Shown in pieces: positions 1-8,221 of a DNA stretch of 39,387 bases. A model generated the notes under the pieces. That model searched no databases and was not told where the DNA came from. It saw nothing but the letters and a program-made list of their open reading frames with translations. The DNA is taken from positions 1-39,387 of the forward strand of contig JBGATO010000033.1 in the NCBI GenBank assembly GCA_044229145.1, given 5' to 3'. Position 1 is the first letter of the stretch, and every line of letters starts with the position of its first letter. A program made the position numbers and the translations under genes. The DNA comes from Candidatus Eiseniibacteriota bacterium (GTDB taxonomy: Bacteria > Eisenbacteria > RBG-16-71-46 > CAZEPH01).

Positions 1-250
1 CCAGCTCGCGGACGATCGCATCGCGCTGTTGCCGGTGGGTGGTGCGCCGGCGGCCGTGCAAGCGGCGCGGCGTGCGCGTGTCGAACGGCAGTTCGCGCTG
101 GATCGCGCGCGGCATCGCTTTCAGTTGATGCGCTGCGAGGTGCCCGCCGGTGCGATCGCGGCGGCGGTCGCGGATCTGGCCGCTGCGTGGGAGGCGGAAC
201 GCGCGGCGCACGCCGTCTATCGCGACATCACGCCGCCGACGAGCCCGTAG
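1..250 (+). CDS. hypothetical protein, C-terminal fragment (5'-partial at window edge)
   Basis: The frame is open from the window start to TAG at 248-250 (...QLADDRIALLPVGG...YRDITPPTSP*). GC3 is very high, as in the confident genes here. No recognisable motif. Confidence 0.35.
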   Translation, partial: QLADDRIALLPVGGAPAAVQAARRARVERQFALDRARHRFQLMRCEVPAGAIAAAVADLAAAWEAERAAHAVYRDITPPTSP

Positions 251-597
251 CGCGCGTCGCGGGGCACGGCCGCACCACGTTTGGGTGGGCGGCATGCGGA
301 TCGTCGCGCCGGCGTCCGCCCATTCGTCGTGCAGGCACCCGGCATCATCGACACCGATCCACACTCAGCGACCTGCGTGCCCTTGATCGCGCCCGGCAGA
401 GCAACAAGCGGCAGTGTCCGCGCGCGACGCACGCGATGAGCGCCCCGTCGCGCCGCACCAAGCGGAAACCGCGGACGTAACGTAGTGCCGCTCGCTGGCA
501 CGGTGATCGCGAACCCGAAGAATCGGCGGTGGCGCCAGCCCGCAAAGTCGAGCGATTGCTGTTCGACTCTTCTCCCTCGGGCACCAGTCTCGAGCAG

Positions 598-632
598 ACG
601 GCGGAGCGAGTCTGACCGATTCGCTCCGCCGC
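598..632 (-). terminator. GC-rich hairpin immediately downstream of the SPFH gene stop (terminator-like, no U-tract)
   Basis: Inverted repeat GGCGGAGCGA...TCGCTCCGCC (10-bp stem, 11-nt loop) lies ~10 bp past the TAA of the minus-strand SPFH gene and sits between convergent genes. Confidence 0.25.
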
Positions 633-640
633 CATGCGTG

Positions 641-2716
641 TTACGTCTCGGACGAAGTGCTGCGCGGCTTCACCGCCCCACTCATTTGCCCCATGACCAG
701 CGCCAGCAGGCCGCCGGTGACGTCAGCGCCCTGGCCGCCGCCGTTCACCATCACCTCCGGCGTGATCTTGACCTTGCCGTCGGCGATCGCCTTGACGACG
801 TTGACGAGCAACGTCGCCTGCTCGCCGACCGCCTGCTTCTGCGCGTCGAGTCCGGCAGCGAGCGCGAGCCCCTTCAGCTTCGACGCCTCGGCTTCCGCGG
901 TTCCGGTGGCGAGGATCGCGGCACCTTGGCCTTCACCGGTGCGCTTGGTGAAGTAGGCGTCACCGTCGGCGCGCTTCATCTTCGCCGACGCGTTGTTCTC
1001 CTCGATCTTGATCGCGATCTCGGATTGCGCGAGCGCCGCCTGCTGATCCGCGCGGCCGCGCGCCATTTCGGTTTCGATGCGCTGGTTCTGTGCTTCGCGT
1101 TGCTGCTTGAAGGTCTCGACCTCCTGCGACGCGATTTCGCGCTGGCGCAGCACTTCCGCGAGCTCCGGCGGGAACTTGATGTCCTGCAGGAACACGCCGA
1201 GCGTCTCGACCTCGTAGCGCGACAGGTTGTCGCGGATGTAGCGGAAAGCTTCTTCCTGCACGCGATCGCGCTGCTGGATGAAGTCGGTGGACTTCATCGC
1301 CTGGATCTTGTTGCGGAAGTAGTTGCCCACCGCCGACTGCAAGACTTCGTTCACCAGATTCTCGACGCTGCCGACCATCGAGATGACGCGCGGCGCGCGC
1401 ACGTCGCTGATGTGGATCTGCACCTGCAACTCGACGCTGAATTCGAAACCGTCGTTCGACTTCGCGACGATGGTCTTCAGCTTCTCGTCGAGTTTGCCGG
1501 CGGCGTTCAGCGTGTCGGCCCAGTAGAGCGTGAGGATCTTGGTGGGCACGATCGACGCTTCGTAGCAGCGCGGGTTGAGCAGCCACGAGCCGGTGCGAAT
1601 CGGCTCCGACCACAGACCGCGGTGGCCCGGCAGCACGATCGACCCGAACTTGAAGTCGGTGCCGCTGATGTCTTGCTCGACGAGGCCGACCTTCGACTTG
1701 ATGACGGCGACTTCGCCTTCGAGCACGTGCAGCACCGGCAGCTGCTCGACGCCGACCAGCCACGGGTTGAAGTAGTAGGTGCCTTCGGTGACCGGGTCGT
1801 GTTGCAGACCCGCCTTGCCGCCCGCCGACAGGAAGCTCTCGAAGTCCTGATAGGCTTTGTGCACCGTGTTGCGGTTGTTGAGGATGATGTTGATGCGCTT
1901 CTTGGGATCGGTCTCGCTCTCGATGTCGCCGTAGCCGCCGAGACGGCACGCCAGCTGGCCATCCTCGAGTGCCGGTCCTTCGTGCGACGTGATGATGCCC
2001 ATCATGTTGACGAGGCGCGGCTTCGACACCTGGACGGCGGGATTCGCCGGGCCCGCTTGCTGTCGCGGATCGGCGATCGCCGCGCCGTCCATCGTGTTCT
2101 CGATTTCGGTCGCGGTGCCGATGCTGCGCGGCCGCACCACCACCGGCCGCACTTGATCCGGCCCGAGGTGGAACTCGGCGAGCGAGAGCGGCGCCTTCTT
2201 CACCCGCTGTCCGCTGTCCATCGGAATGCCGTAGACGCGGCTCGGCGTGAGCACCAGGAACGCGATCGGGTGGATGCGGTAGGTGCCCGGACGCAGCACC
2301 GGACGCTGGCGTCCCTTCTGTCCGCCGGTCGCCAAGAACGCTTGCAGATCCTGGAAGTCGCCGAAGTCCGGCTTGTACTCCGCGGTGCGCGCGCCGACCG
2401 GCGGCGACACGCCGACCTGCGACACCACGAGTCCGAGTTCGTCGCTGGCGATCTGTATCACCGGCTCGTAGCGCACGCTGTACATCAGCCACGGCACCCA
2501 CTGCCATCCCGGCGACAGCAACTTCGCCTGATAGCCGTTCTCGCCGTGCGCGGCGATGATCTGGTCCGGCGGCAACGAGCGTCCGCCCCAGTTGCGCTGC
2601 ACCACACCCATGTAATCCGGCGCCACGTTGCGCCAGCCCTTCAAATACCAGATGACGATCAGGAAGATCGGCACGACCCAAGGTCCGAGCATCGTGAGGA
2701 TCCGTGCAACGTTCAT
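641..2716 (-). CDS. SPFH/band-7 (flotillin/YqiK-like) membrane protein, ~691 aa
   Basis: Start is ATG at 2714-2716 (MNVARILTMLGPWVVPIFLIVIWYL, an N-terminal TM helix), preceded by GGAGGAGG at -8. An SPFH-like core is followed by a long E/Q/A/R-rich coiled-coil (EAQNQRIETEMARGRADQQAALAQSEIAIKIEENNASAKMKRADGDA) typical of flotillin-family proteins. The ORF-track start at 2872 is an R/A-rich upstream extension with no RBS. Confidence 0.8.
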   Translation of the reverse strand: MNVARILTMLGPWVVPIFLIVIWYLKGWRNVAPDYMGVVQRNWGGRSLPPDQIIAAHGENGYQAKLLSPGWQWVPWLMYSVRYEPVIQIASDELGLVVSQVGVSPPVGARTAEYKPDFGDFQDLQAFLATGGQKGRQRPVLRPGTYRIHPIAFLVLTPSRVYGIPMDSGQRVKKAPLSLAEFHLGPDQVRPVVVRPRSIGTATEIENTMDGAAIADPRQQAGPANPAVQVSKPRLVNMMGIITSHEGPALEDGQLACRLGGYGDIESETDPKKRINIILNNRNTVHKAYQDFESFLSAGGKAGLQHDPVTEGTYYFNPWLVGVEQLPVLHVLEGEVAVIKSKVGLVEQDISGTDFKFGSIVLPGHRGLWSEPIRTGSWLLNPRCYEASIVPTKILTLYWADTLNAAGKLDEKLKTIVAKSNDGFEFSVELQVQIHISDVRAPRVISMVGSVENLVNEVLQSAVGNYFRNKIQAMKSTDFIQQRDRVQEEAFRYIRDNLSRYEVETLGVFLQDIKFPPELAEVLRQREIASQEVETFKQQREAQNQRIETEMARGRADQQAALAQSEIAIKIEENNASAKMKRADGDAYFTKRTGEGQGAAILATGTAEAEASKLKGLALAAGLDAQKQAVGEQATLLVNVVKAIADGKVKITPEVMVNGGGQGADVTGGLLALVMGQMSGAVKPRSTSSET

Positions 2717-3002
2717 CGACAAACCTCCTCCATCGTGCGGCGGGCGCGCGGCGGTGCACTGCGGCGGCGGCGCGCAAGATGCGCGCACGCACGCCACGGC
2801 AACGCGCGCGGCGGAGCGTCCGCCTCGTGCGGCGCGCGCATGATGCGCGCGGGCTGCGAGCCTGTCGAGCAACCACGACGTCCCAGGGGCCCGCGGGTTT
2901 CGGCAATCGGTCGAGCGGGCTGTGAAATCGGTCGCGGATGCGCAACGGGCGCGAGGCGGTGCTGCCTCGCGCCCGTCGTGTGGTGGCCAGAAGTCGTTGC
3001 GG

Positions 3003-3092
3003 TTACGCGATCTCCAACGTCCGCAACCGGTTCAGCGCGGCCGCCAGCTCGTGGCGGCGGAATTCGGCGAATCCGCCGGCTCCGCGCTTCAT
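3003..3092 (-). pseudogene. 29-codon remnant of the 3' end of a COG3044 ABC-class ATPase gene (MKRGAGGFAEFRRHELAAALNRLRTLEIA*), ATGA-overlapping the stop of the FG-GAP gene
   Basis: Its translation matches the extreme C-terminus of the full-length ATPase at 5726..7504 (...PAGGYAEFRRHELAAALNRLRTVKTR*). Nucleotide identity is ~85% over ~70 nt, and most differences are synonymous. Confidence 0.4.
3017..3085. repeat. Direct repeat copy A (~70 bp, ~85% identical to 5741..5810) flanking the FG-GAP gene
   Basis: Shared core gtccgcaaccgRttcaRYgcggSSgccaRctcgtgRcgRcggaaYtcSgcgWaKccgccggc is seen in both places. The two copies bracket exactly one gene. Confidence 0.6.
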
Positions 3093-5608
3093 CGCAGGAG
3101 AACGAACCGCTCCGCGGCGTGCGTTCGTTCATCATCCACGGTAAGCCAATACAGGCCTGCTGCGCATCGTCGGCCAAATTCGTCTCGCCCATCCCACTCC
3201 AGCCGTGCGTGCGATACCGACACCCGCTCGGGCTCCAGGTGCCGAGCCACGCGCCCCTGAGAGTCCATGATTCGCGCGGTCAACGCGTGGACCCCCGCCG
3301 GAGACACGCTCCAGACGGCGTGATTGGTGCCTATCTGCGCCTGGATTCGACGGATCAGGAGCGGTGAGTGGCCTGCACGATGATTGGCCTCGACACTTGC
3401 GACATGACTGGACCACACGTTCTCGAGAATCGGTACGCGCGACGACCACGTCCGCAACGCGCATGCGTCGATTCCCGGCGAGCCATCGATCTCCCCGGCG
3501 AACAGGTGACTGAGATCCTCCGCGATACCTTCAGCGGGCAGTATGTCGTAATCGACGCCGGCATTGCGGCCTCGCATCATCAATGCGCTTGCGCCGCCGT
3601 GCTCGCAGCCAAGGATGTCCGTGATGCCGTCGCCATCGAAGTCGGCGACCTGCAGCATCGCCGTACCGAGCAATTGCGAACTCCACGACACGGCGGTCGC
3701 GAAGGATCCCATGCCCAGGTTGCGCGTGATGGACACTCCGCCAGGAGACGAGAAACCACAGACGATGTCGAGGTCGCCGTCGTCGTCGAGATCGGCGAGG
3801 GCTGTCGTCGAGACACTCGTCGCGCCGCACGACAGCGGATGCGCGGTGCCAAATCCTCCGCTGCCGTCCCCTGCATAGAGATCAAAGCCGTCGGGGGCGC
3901 CAACTGATGGCCGGACCAAAATATCTCCCCGGCTGTCTCCCGTGAGTTCGCCGCACGCCACGAATGTGCCGGGGAAGGTGATGCCGGGAGCAAACTCCGA
4001 CACGATACCGTTCGTGGCAATCGAGTAGAACATGACGCGGCGGAACGAACCGATCAAGGCATCGGATGTGAGAACCAACTCATCGTGACCATCGCCATCG
4101 AGGTCGACAAAATCCATCTGCACGACCCGATACGGAGGAAGCACGTCAGGCCAGCGGATGAAAGATCCGGCGCCGTCGTTGTGAAAAACCCTGACGGTTG
4201 GGTGATCGTAGATCGTTGGACCTGCGAGAGCGACGACAAGATCCTGACGCCCGTCGCGATCGAGATCGTGGGCGGCGATGACGCTCGCTGTCGAATCGAT
4301 CACCAATGTGGTGAGGACATGTCCGTCGCGGATGTGAATCACATCGACCGTCAGACTTGCAGTCTGGTACGCGAGATCGAGCAGGCCGTCACCGTCGAAA
4401 TCGGAGGCGGCTGCGGCACCGGGTGTGGACGGTAAGTTGATCGCACGCGCCGTATCGATCGCGCCAGCCGTCGTGAAGATCTGCCGCGCCAAGACCTCCT
4501 CGCCCGTGATCGACAGGATCTCACCACGACCGTTCTGATCGAGGTCTGCGATACCCAGTGCCTGGACCCACGCAGGGCTGGGAACCTGTGAGTTGACCGT
4601 TCCTCCCAAAGCCGGGGCAAGGACGAACGATTCGGTCCCGCGGCTGTAGGACGTGAAGGCGAGATCGGCGATCCCGTCGCCATCGAGGTCGCCTGCGGCG
4701 AACTCACTGGGCAACGAAAGGCCAGTCGACCCGCTGATCGCCGGCGCGAATGTGCCATCTCCATGTCCACTCAAGATGCGCCATCCCGGTGATCCGTTGG
4801 TGGCCAGGTCGTCGAACGCATCGGCGGTGAAGCGCGCGGAGGCGACACGCGTGCAGGCCACTGGATCGATCGTCACGGGCGAGGAGAACGACGCATCGCC
4901 GTGTCCCGCGAAATACAAGACGCCAACCGAGCAGCCAATGACTAAGTCGCATTTGCCATCTGCGTTGAAATCGCCGAGAACGGGCCACGCGTTCGCCTTG
5001 TTCAGGAGGGGACCGTATGCGGTGAAGACTCCTGTCCCCGTTCCGAGAAAAAGGTACACGACTGGCGAGTAGGTGCCACCGACCACTAAGTCCGGAATGC
5101 CGTCGCTGTTCACATCACCGAGTGCGGGTTTTCCAGGAAAGTACATCACCGTGGACCGTACTTCTGGGGCGAATGTTCCGTCGCCGTGACCGAGGAAGGC
5201 AGAGACGTCGCGTGAGCCATTGCGGTCGATCCCGTAATTCGCGGTGACGATGTCGAGGTGGCCATCGGCATTCAAGTCAGCCAGTGTGACGAACCACGGA
5301 TTCGCGCCGCCGGTCAGTGTGATCGGCGGCGCGAAGCGCCCCGCCGGCAAGCCGAGCGCGACACTGAATGTGTAGAAGTAGCCGTAGGCACTCACGTTGT
5401 TCGGCACTACGACGTCGAGGATACCGTCCTCATCAAAGTCGCCGAGTGCGAAGTCTCCGGCTGCGGCCTCGACCAGATTTGATTCGTAGGCGCCATGCAA
5501 GACCTCGCCCGTGGTAGCCGGAGCCGCGTTACTGTGCGGAGCGAAGAGAGCCGCGCACAGGGCGAGAACCAGACACGAGGCGGCGGCGCGAAGGACGCGT
5601 GAGTGCAT
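3089..5608 (-). CDS. Secreted FG-GAP/VCBS-repeat (integrin-alpha-like beta-propeller) protein with C-terminal FlgD-Ig-like / T9SS-type sorting domain
   Basis: Signal peptide MHSRVLRAAASCLVLALCAALFAPHSNA (in-frame alternative start at 5683). It carries at least 10 repeats of the hhGDhDGDGxxDLhh type (GDFNADGKCDLVIG, ADLNADGHLDIVTANYG, SDFDGDGLLDLAY, ADLDDDGDLDIVCG, ...). The C-terminal ~75 aa end ...AGLYWLTVDDERTHAAERFVLLR, matching the shared CTD. Confidence 0.75.
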   Translation of the reverse strand: MHSRVLRAAASCLVLALCAALFAPHSNAAPATTGEVLHGAYESNLVEAAAGDFALGDFDEDGILDVVVPNNVSAYGYFYTFSVALGLPAGRFAPPITLTGGANPWFVTLADLNADGHLDIVTANYGIDRNGSRDVSAFLGHGDGTFAPEVRSTVMYFPGKPALGDVNSDGIPDLVVGGTYSPVVYLFLGTGTGVFTAYGPLLNKANAWPVLGDFNADGKCDLVIGCSVGVLYFAGHGDASFSSPVTIDPVACTRVASARFTADAFDDLATNGSPGWRILSGHGDGTFAPAISGSTGLSLPSEFAAGDLDGDGIADLAFTSYSRGTESFVLAPALGGTVNSQVPSPAWVQALGIADLDQNGRGEILSITGEEVLARQIFTTAGAIDTARAINLPSTPGAAAASDFDGDGLLDLAYQTASLTVDVIHIRDGHVLTTLVIDSTASVIAAHDLDRDGRQDLVVALAGPTIYDHPTVRVFHNDGAGSFIRWPDVLPPYRVVQMDFVDLDGDGHDELVLTSDALIGSFRRVMFYSIATNGIVSEFAPGITFPGTFVACGELTGDSRGDILVRPSVGAPDGFDLYAGDGSGGFGTAHPLSCGATSVSTTALADLDDDGDLDIVCGFSSPGGVSITRNLGMGSFATAVSWSSQLLGTAMLQVADFDGDGITDILGCEHGGASALMMRGRNAGVDYDILPAEGIAEDLSHLFAGEIDGSPGIDACALRTWSSRVPILENVWSSHVASVEANHRAGHSPLLIRRIQAQIGTNHAVWSVSPAGVHALTARIMDSQGRVARHLEPERVSVSHARLEWDGRDEFGRRCAAGLYWLTVDDERTHAAERFVLLR

Positions 5609-5725
5609 GCAAGGCTCGCGGACGAAGGGCGACGTGGCGTGTCTAGGGAAGCCCATGGACACGAACGTGTGACAGCATACCACTCCATCCGTCGCGAGTG
5701 AAAGTCTGGAGCTATGCGCCCTCGC

Positions 5726-7504
5726 CTACCGCGTCTTTACGGTCCGCAACCGATTCAATGCGGCGGCCAACTCGTGACGACGGAACTCCGCGTAGCCGCC
5801 GGCCGGGGACGGCGCGATGGCATCCAGGCTGCCCGAGTCGATCGCCGCCAGGGCGGCGTCGAGCACCTCGGGCACCGTACGCACGCCGTCGAGCGCATGC
5901 TCGCGCACCCACGCCAGGGCCCGGCCAAGCGCCCGCAACTGCTCCGGCGCGACGATTTGCGCCACGCCGCTGACATCGATCTCCTGATCGCCGAAAGCGA
6001 TGGAGCGCACGCCACGCACGGCGACGCGCGCCGCCGCCGACTTGCTGCGGCGCGCATCAACGCTCTCCGGCACGATGACGCGCGGAGCGGCAGTCGGCCA
6101 CTTTTCAGGGTGTTCGGCCAGGCGGCCGCTCGGAAATGCGGCGGCGACTTCCAGTGCCCGCGTGGTGACATCGTGGGCGACATAGTTCTGCATCATCAGC
6201 ACGGCGTCTGCCACGTCGAGGTAGTCACCGCTGCCGCCCATCACGATTACGCTCGACACGCCGGTTTCGCGGAACAACTGGCGCACGCGGTCGAGGAACG
6301 GTGTGATCGGCTCATGCTCCTTCGGCACGAGTTCCTGCATGCGGCGGTCGCGGATCATGAAGTTCGACGCGCAGGTGTCTTCGTCCATCAAGAGCGCGGT
6401 GGCGCCGGATTCGAGCGCTTCGGCGATGGCCGCGGCCTGCGAGGTGGAGCCGCTGGCGTCGAGCGTCGAGAAGCGCGCGGTGTCGGCGCCGGTCGGCAGC
6501 GCGCCGATGAACGCGGAGACATCGACGCCGGCGATGTGGCGGCCGTCTTCGGCGCGCACGGCGACGGCGTCCGCGTCGGTGACCACGAGTTCGCGGCCGT
6601 CGGTGGCGAGATGGTTGTAGACGCCGAGTTCGAGCGCCGAGAGCAGCGTCGACTTGCCGTGATAGCCGCCGCCGACGATCACCGTGACACCGTGCGGAAT
6701 GCCGAGGCCGTGCACCTCGCTGCCGTCGGCGAGCTGCATCGTCACGCGCATCGACTCCGGCGCGACGAACGGCACCACGCCGGTGCCGCGCAACGGCCGC
6801 GGGTCCACACCACTGCGCCGTGGCAACGACGCGCCGTTGGCGATGAACGCCACCAGCCCGCGCTCGCGCAGCTGGCCGCGCACGCACTCGGCGTTGTCCA
6901 CCGCGCGCTGATGCCGCGCCAATGTCGCGCGCTCGAGCCGCGGATAAGTCAGGGCGCGGTCGGCGATGCGCGGCAGGTCGTCGAGCAACAACTCCTGCGC
7001 GTCGCGGCCGCGAATCTGCCGCCCCCGCGAGGGCAGATCGACCCAGAAGCGCACTTCGACTGCGCCGTTCTCGATGCGGATGCTGGAGCGCTCGAGCACC
7101 TCTTGCCCCGGCACGTCGCAGACGATGTCGCCGGTGTGCCCGCTGCCACGCTTGCCGCGCCACAAGTCGATCTGGTGCGCGAAGGCGCGGAGCAGGAAGT
7201 CGCCGAGCGAGACGCGGCGCAGCGCGGTGCCGTAGGTGTCGGCGGGGAAGGCGGCCACCGCCGGCGGCAGGAACATCCGCACCTCGCTCGGTCCGGCAAA
7301 CGGGTCCGGCGAGATGTGATCGATGCTCAGCGTCATCCCGGCCACCGTGTAACGGCCGGCGATGTCGCGGTAGGCCGGATACGGCGCCTTGTCGAGCCGC
7401 CAGAGCTGCTGGCGCAGTTCCTCGTCGCGGCGAATGCGCGGTGCGGGCGGCACGTAGCCGGCGTGCGGCGCCGGGCGGGGCGGATCGGAAGGCGAAGGCG
7501 TCAT
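5726..7504 (-). CDS. ABC-class ATPase of the COG3044 family (predicted ATPase of the ABC class), function unknown
   Basis: P-loop-like GGGYHGKSTLLSALELGVYNH and the ~590-aa length are typical of COG3044. The chosen start MTPSPSD (codon 28 of the ORF-track frame) sits ~80 nt downstream of a hairpin; 7585 is the alternative. The long antisense ORF 5714..7741 (+) is rejected. Confidence 0.7.
   Translation of the reverse strand: MTPSPSDPPRPAPHAGYVPPAPRIRRDEELRQQLWRLDKAPYPAYRDIAGRYTVAGMTLSIDHISPDPFAGPSEVRMFLPPAVAAFPADTYGTALRRVSLGDFLLRAFAHQIDLWRGKRGSGHTGDIVCDVPGQEVLERSSIRIENGAVEVRFWVDLPSRGRQIRGRDAQELLLDDLPRIADRALTYPRLERATLARHQRAVDNAECVRGQLRERGLVAFIANGASLPRRSGVDPRPLRGTGVVPFVAPESMRVTMQLADGSEVHGLGIPHGVTVIVGGGYHGKSTLLSALELGVYNHLATDGRELVVTDADAVAVRAEDGRHIAGVDVSAFIGALPTGADTARFSTLDASGSTSQAAAIAEALESGATALLMDEDTCASNFMIRDRRMQELVPKEHEPITPFLDRVRQLFRETGVSSVIVMGGSGDYLDVADAVLMMQNYVAHDVTTRALEVAAAFPSGRLAEHPEKWPTAAPRVIVPESVDARRSKSAAARVAVRGVRSIAFGDQEIDVSGVAQIVAPEQLRALGRALAWVREHALDGVRTVPEVLDAALAAIDSGSLDAIAPSPAGGYAEFRRHELAAALNRLRTVKTR
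5741..5810. repeat. Direct repeat copy B (3' end of the COG3044 ATPase gene) matching 3017..3085
   Basis: See copy A. This copy lies inside the ATPase CDS and encodes its last ~25 aa. Confidence 0.6.
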
Positions 7505-7579
7505 AGGCGGGCGAGTATAGCCGCTGCCGCGGGTCGGCGGTGGCGCGGATCGTCGACGCGGACCCGCGCCGGGCCGCGC

Positions 7580-7626
7580 GGGCAAAAAGAGAGAGCCACC
7601 TCAGGAGACCTGAGGCGGCTCTCAAA
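7580..7626 (-). promoter_or_regulatory. Strong hairpin followed by a T-tract on the minus strand, inside the 5' leader of the COG3044 ATPase gene (attenuator/terminator-like)
   Basis: gagagccacctcagg-aga-cctgaggcggctctc forms a 15-bp stem with one A.C mismatch. On the minus strand it is followed by TCTTTTTGCC, ~80 nt upstream of the ATG at 7504. It sits at the edge of a ~700-bp divergent intergenic region of visibly lower GC. Confidence 0.35.
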
Positions 7627-8221
7627 GCATCCCCACACCAAGGCCGGTGGCATGCCGTCTGGAAGGTGCGCAGTTCCGGAGCAACGGACAGTGGCTCGGC
7701 TGGCTACCCACCATGTCGCGGGCATAGCAGGGAAGTTGTGAAGCTGTCCCGTGTTGCGTTGTCCTTCGTGATGCTAGCGCTGTGTTCCGGGATCCGCTCG
7801 AGGCGTCCCGTTGCCCGGCTATCGTGCAGACCGCGTGCCACCGCTGCAGTTCATGATGGCCGGCACGCGCCGAGCCCACGTTTTGCCGCACGTGAGAGGC
7901 GCCGATGCGACCGCTGGTTCCCGGCTCATGCGCTGGAAGTACGCGAGTTAGCCGCGGTGGGTGCGAATTCACACGGGGAGCAGGCGGAGGTGCCGCCGCG
8001 CGGCCGGCGCGGGCCGTGGGGATGGCCCGGCGGGCATTCCGCATCGTGCATGGCGCGCGAGGGGAGGGCGTTTCGCACGGCATCGGCGCCGGAGCACCTC
8101 GTCCATCGGGAAGGATACTTCGCGCCGGCGGCACGACACTTCCACGCGGCGCCTGCCCCACGCGTGCCGGCGCCGGCGTCGCCGGACGCAACGCGGCGCG
8201 CGAGCGGCCGATACCAGAGAC

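Noticed and set aside
2938-3144. Hairpin GGGCGCGAGGC-ggtgct-GCCTCGCGCCC at ~2945-2975 as a terminator for the FG-GAP gene
   Set aside because: An 11-bp stem is present, but it lies ~115 nt past the stop and has no U-tract on either strand. It is noted only as a structure. It lies between the fossil ATPase 3' end and the SPFH promoter region.
5714-7741. 675-aa ORF on the plus strand. Similar very long ORFs include 8309..10927 (-), 14660..16762 (+), 20540..21832 (+), 960..2945 (-), 6312..7625 (-) and 33486..34850 (-).
   Set aside because: They are antisense to genes with clear family motifs. They are Arg/Ala/Gly-rich low-complexity translations typical of stop-poor alternative frames in ~70% GC DNA, with no RBS or motifs.
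7640-7960. Lower-GC segment examined for SRP RNA, RNase P RNA, tmRNA or tRNA signatures
   Set aside because: None of GGUCCGGAAGGAAGCAGC, the RNase P P4 AGGAAAGUCCGG core or a T-loop GGTTCGAATCC is present on either strand. No cloverleaf is apparent. It is left as an unexplained leader region.
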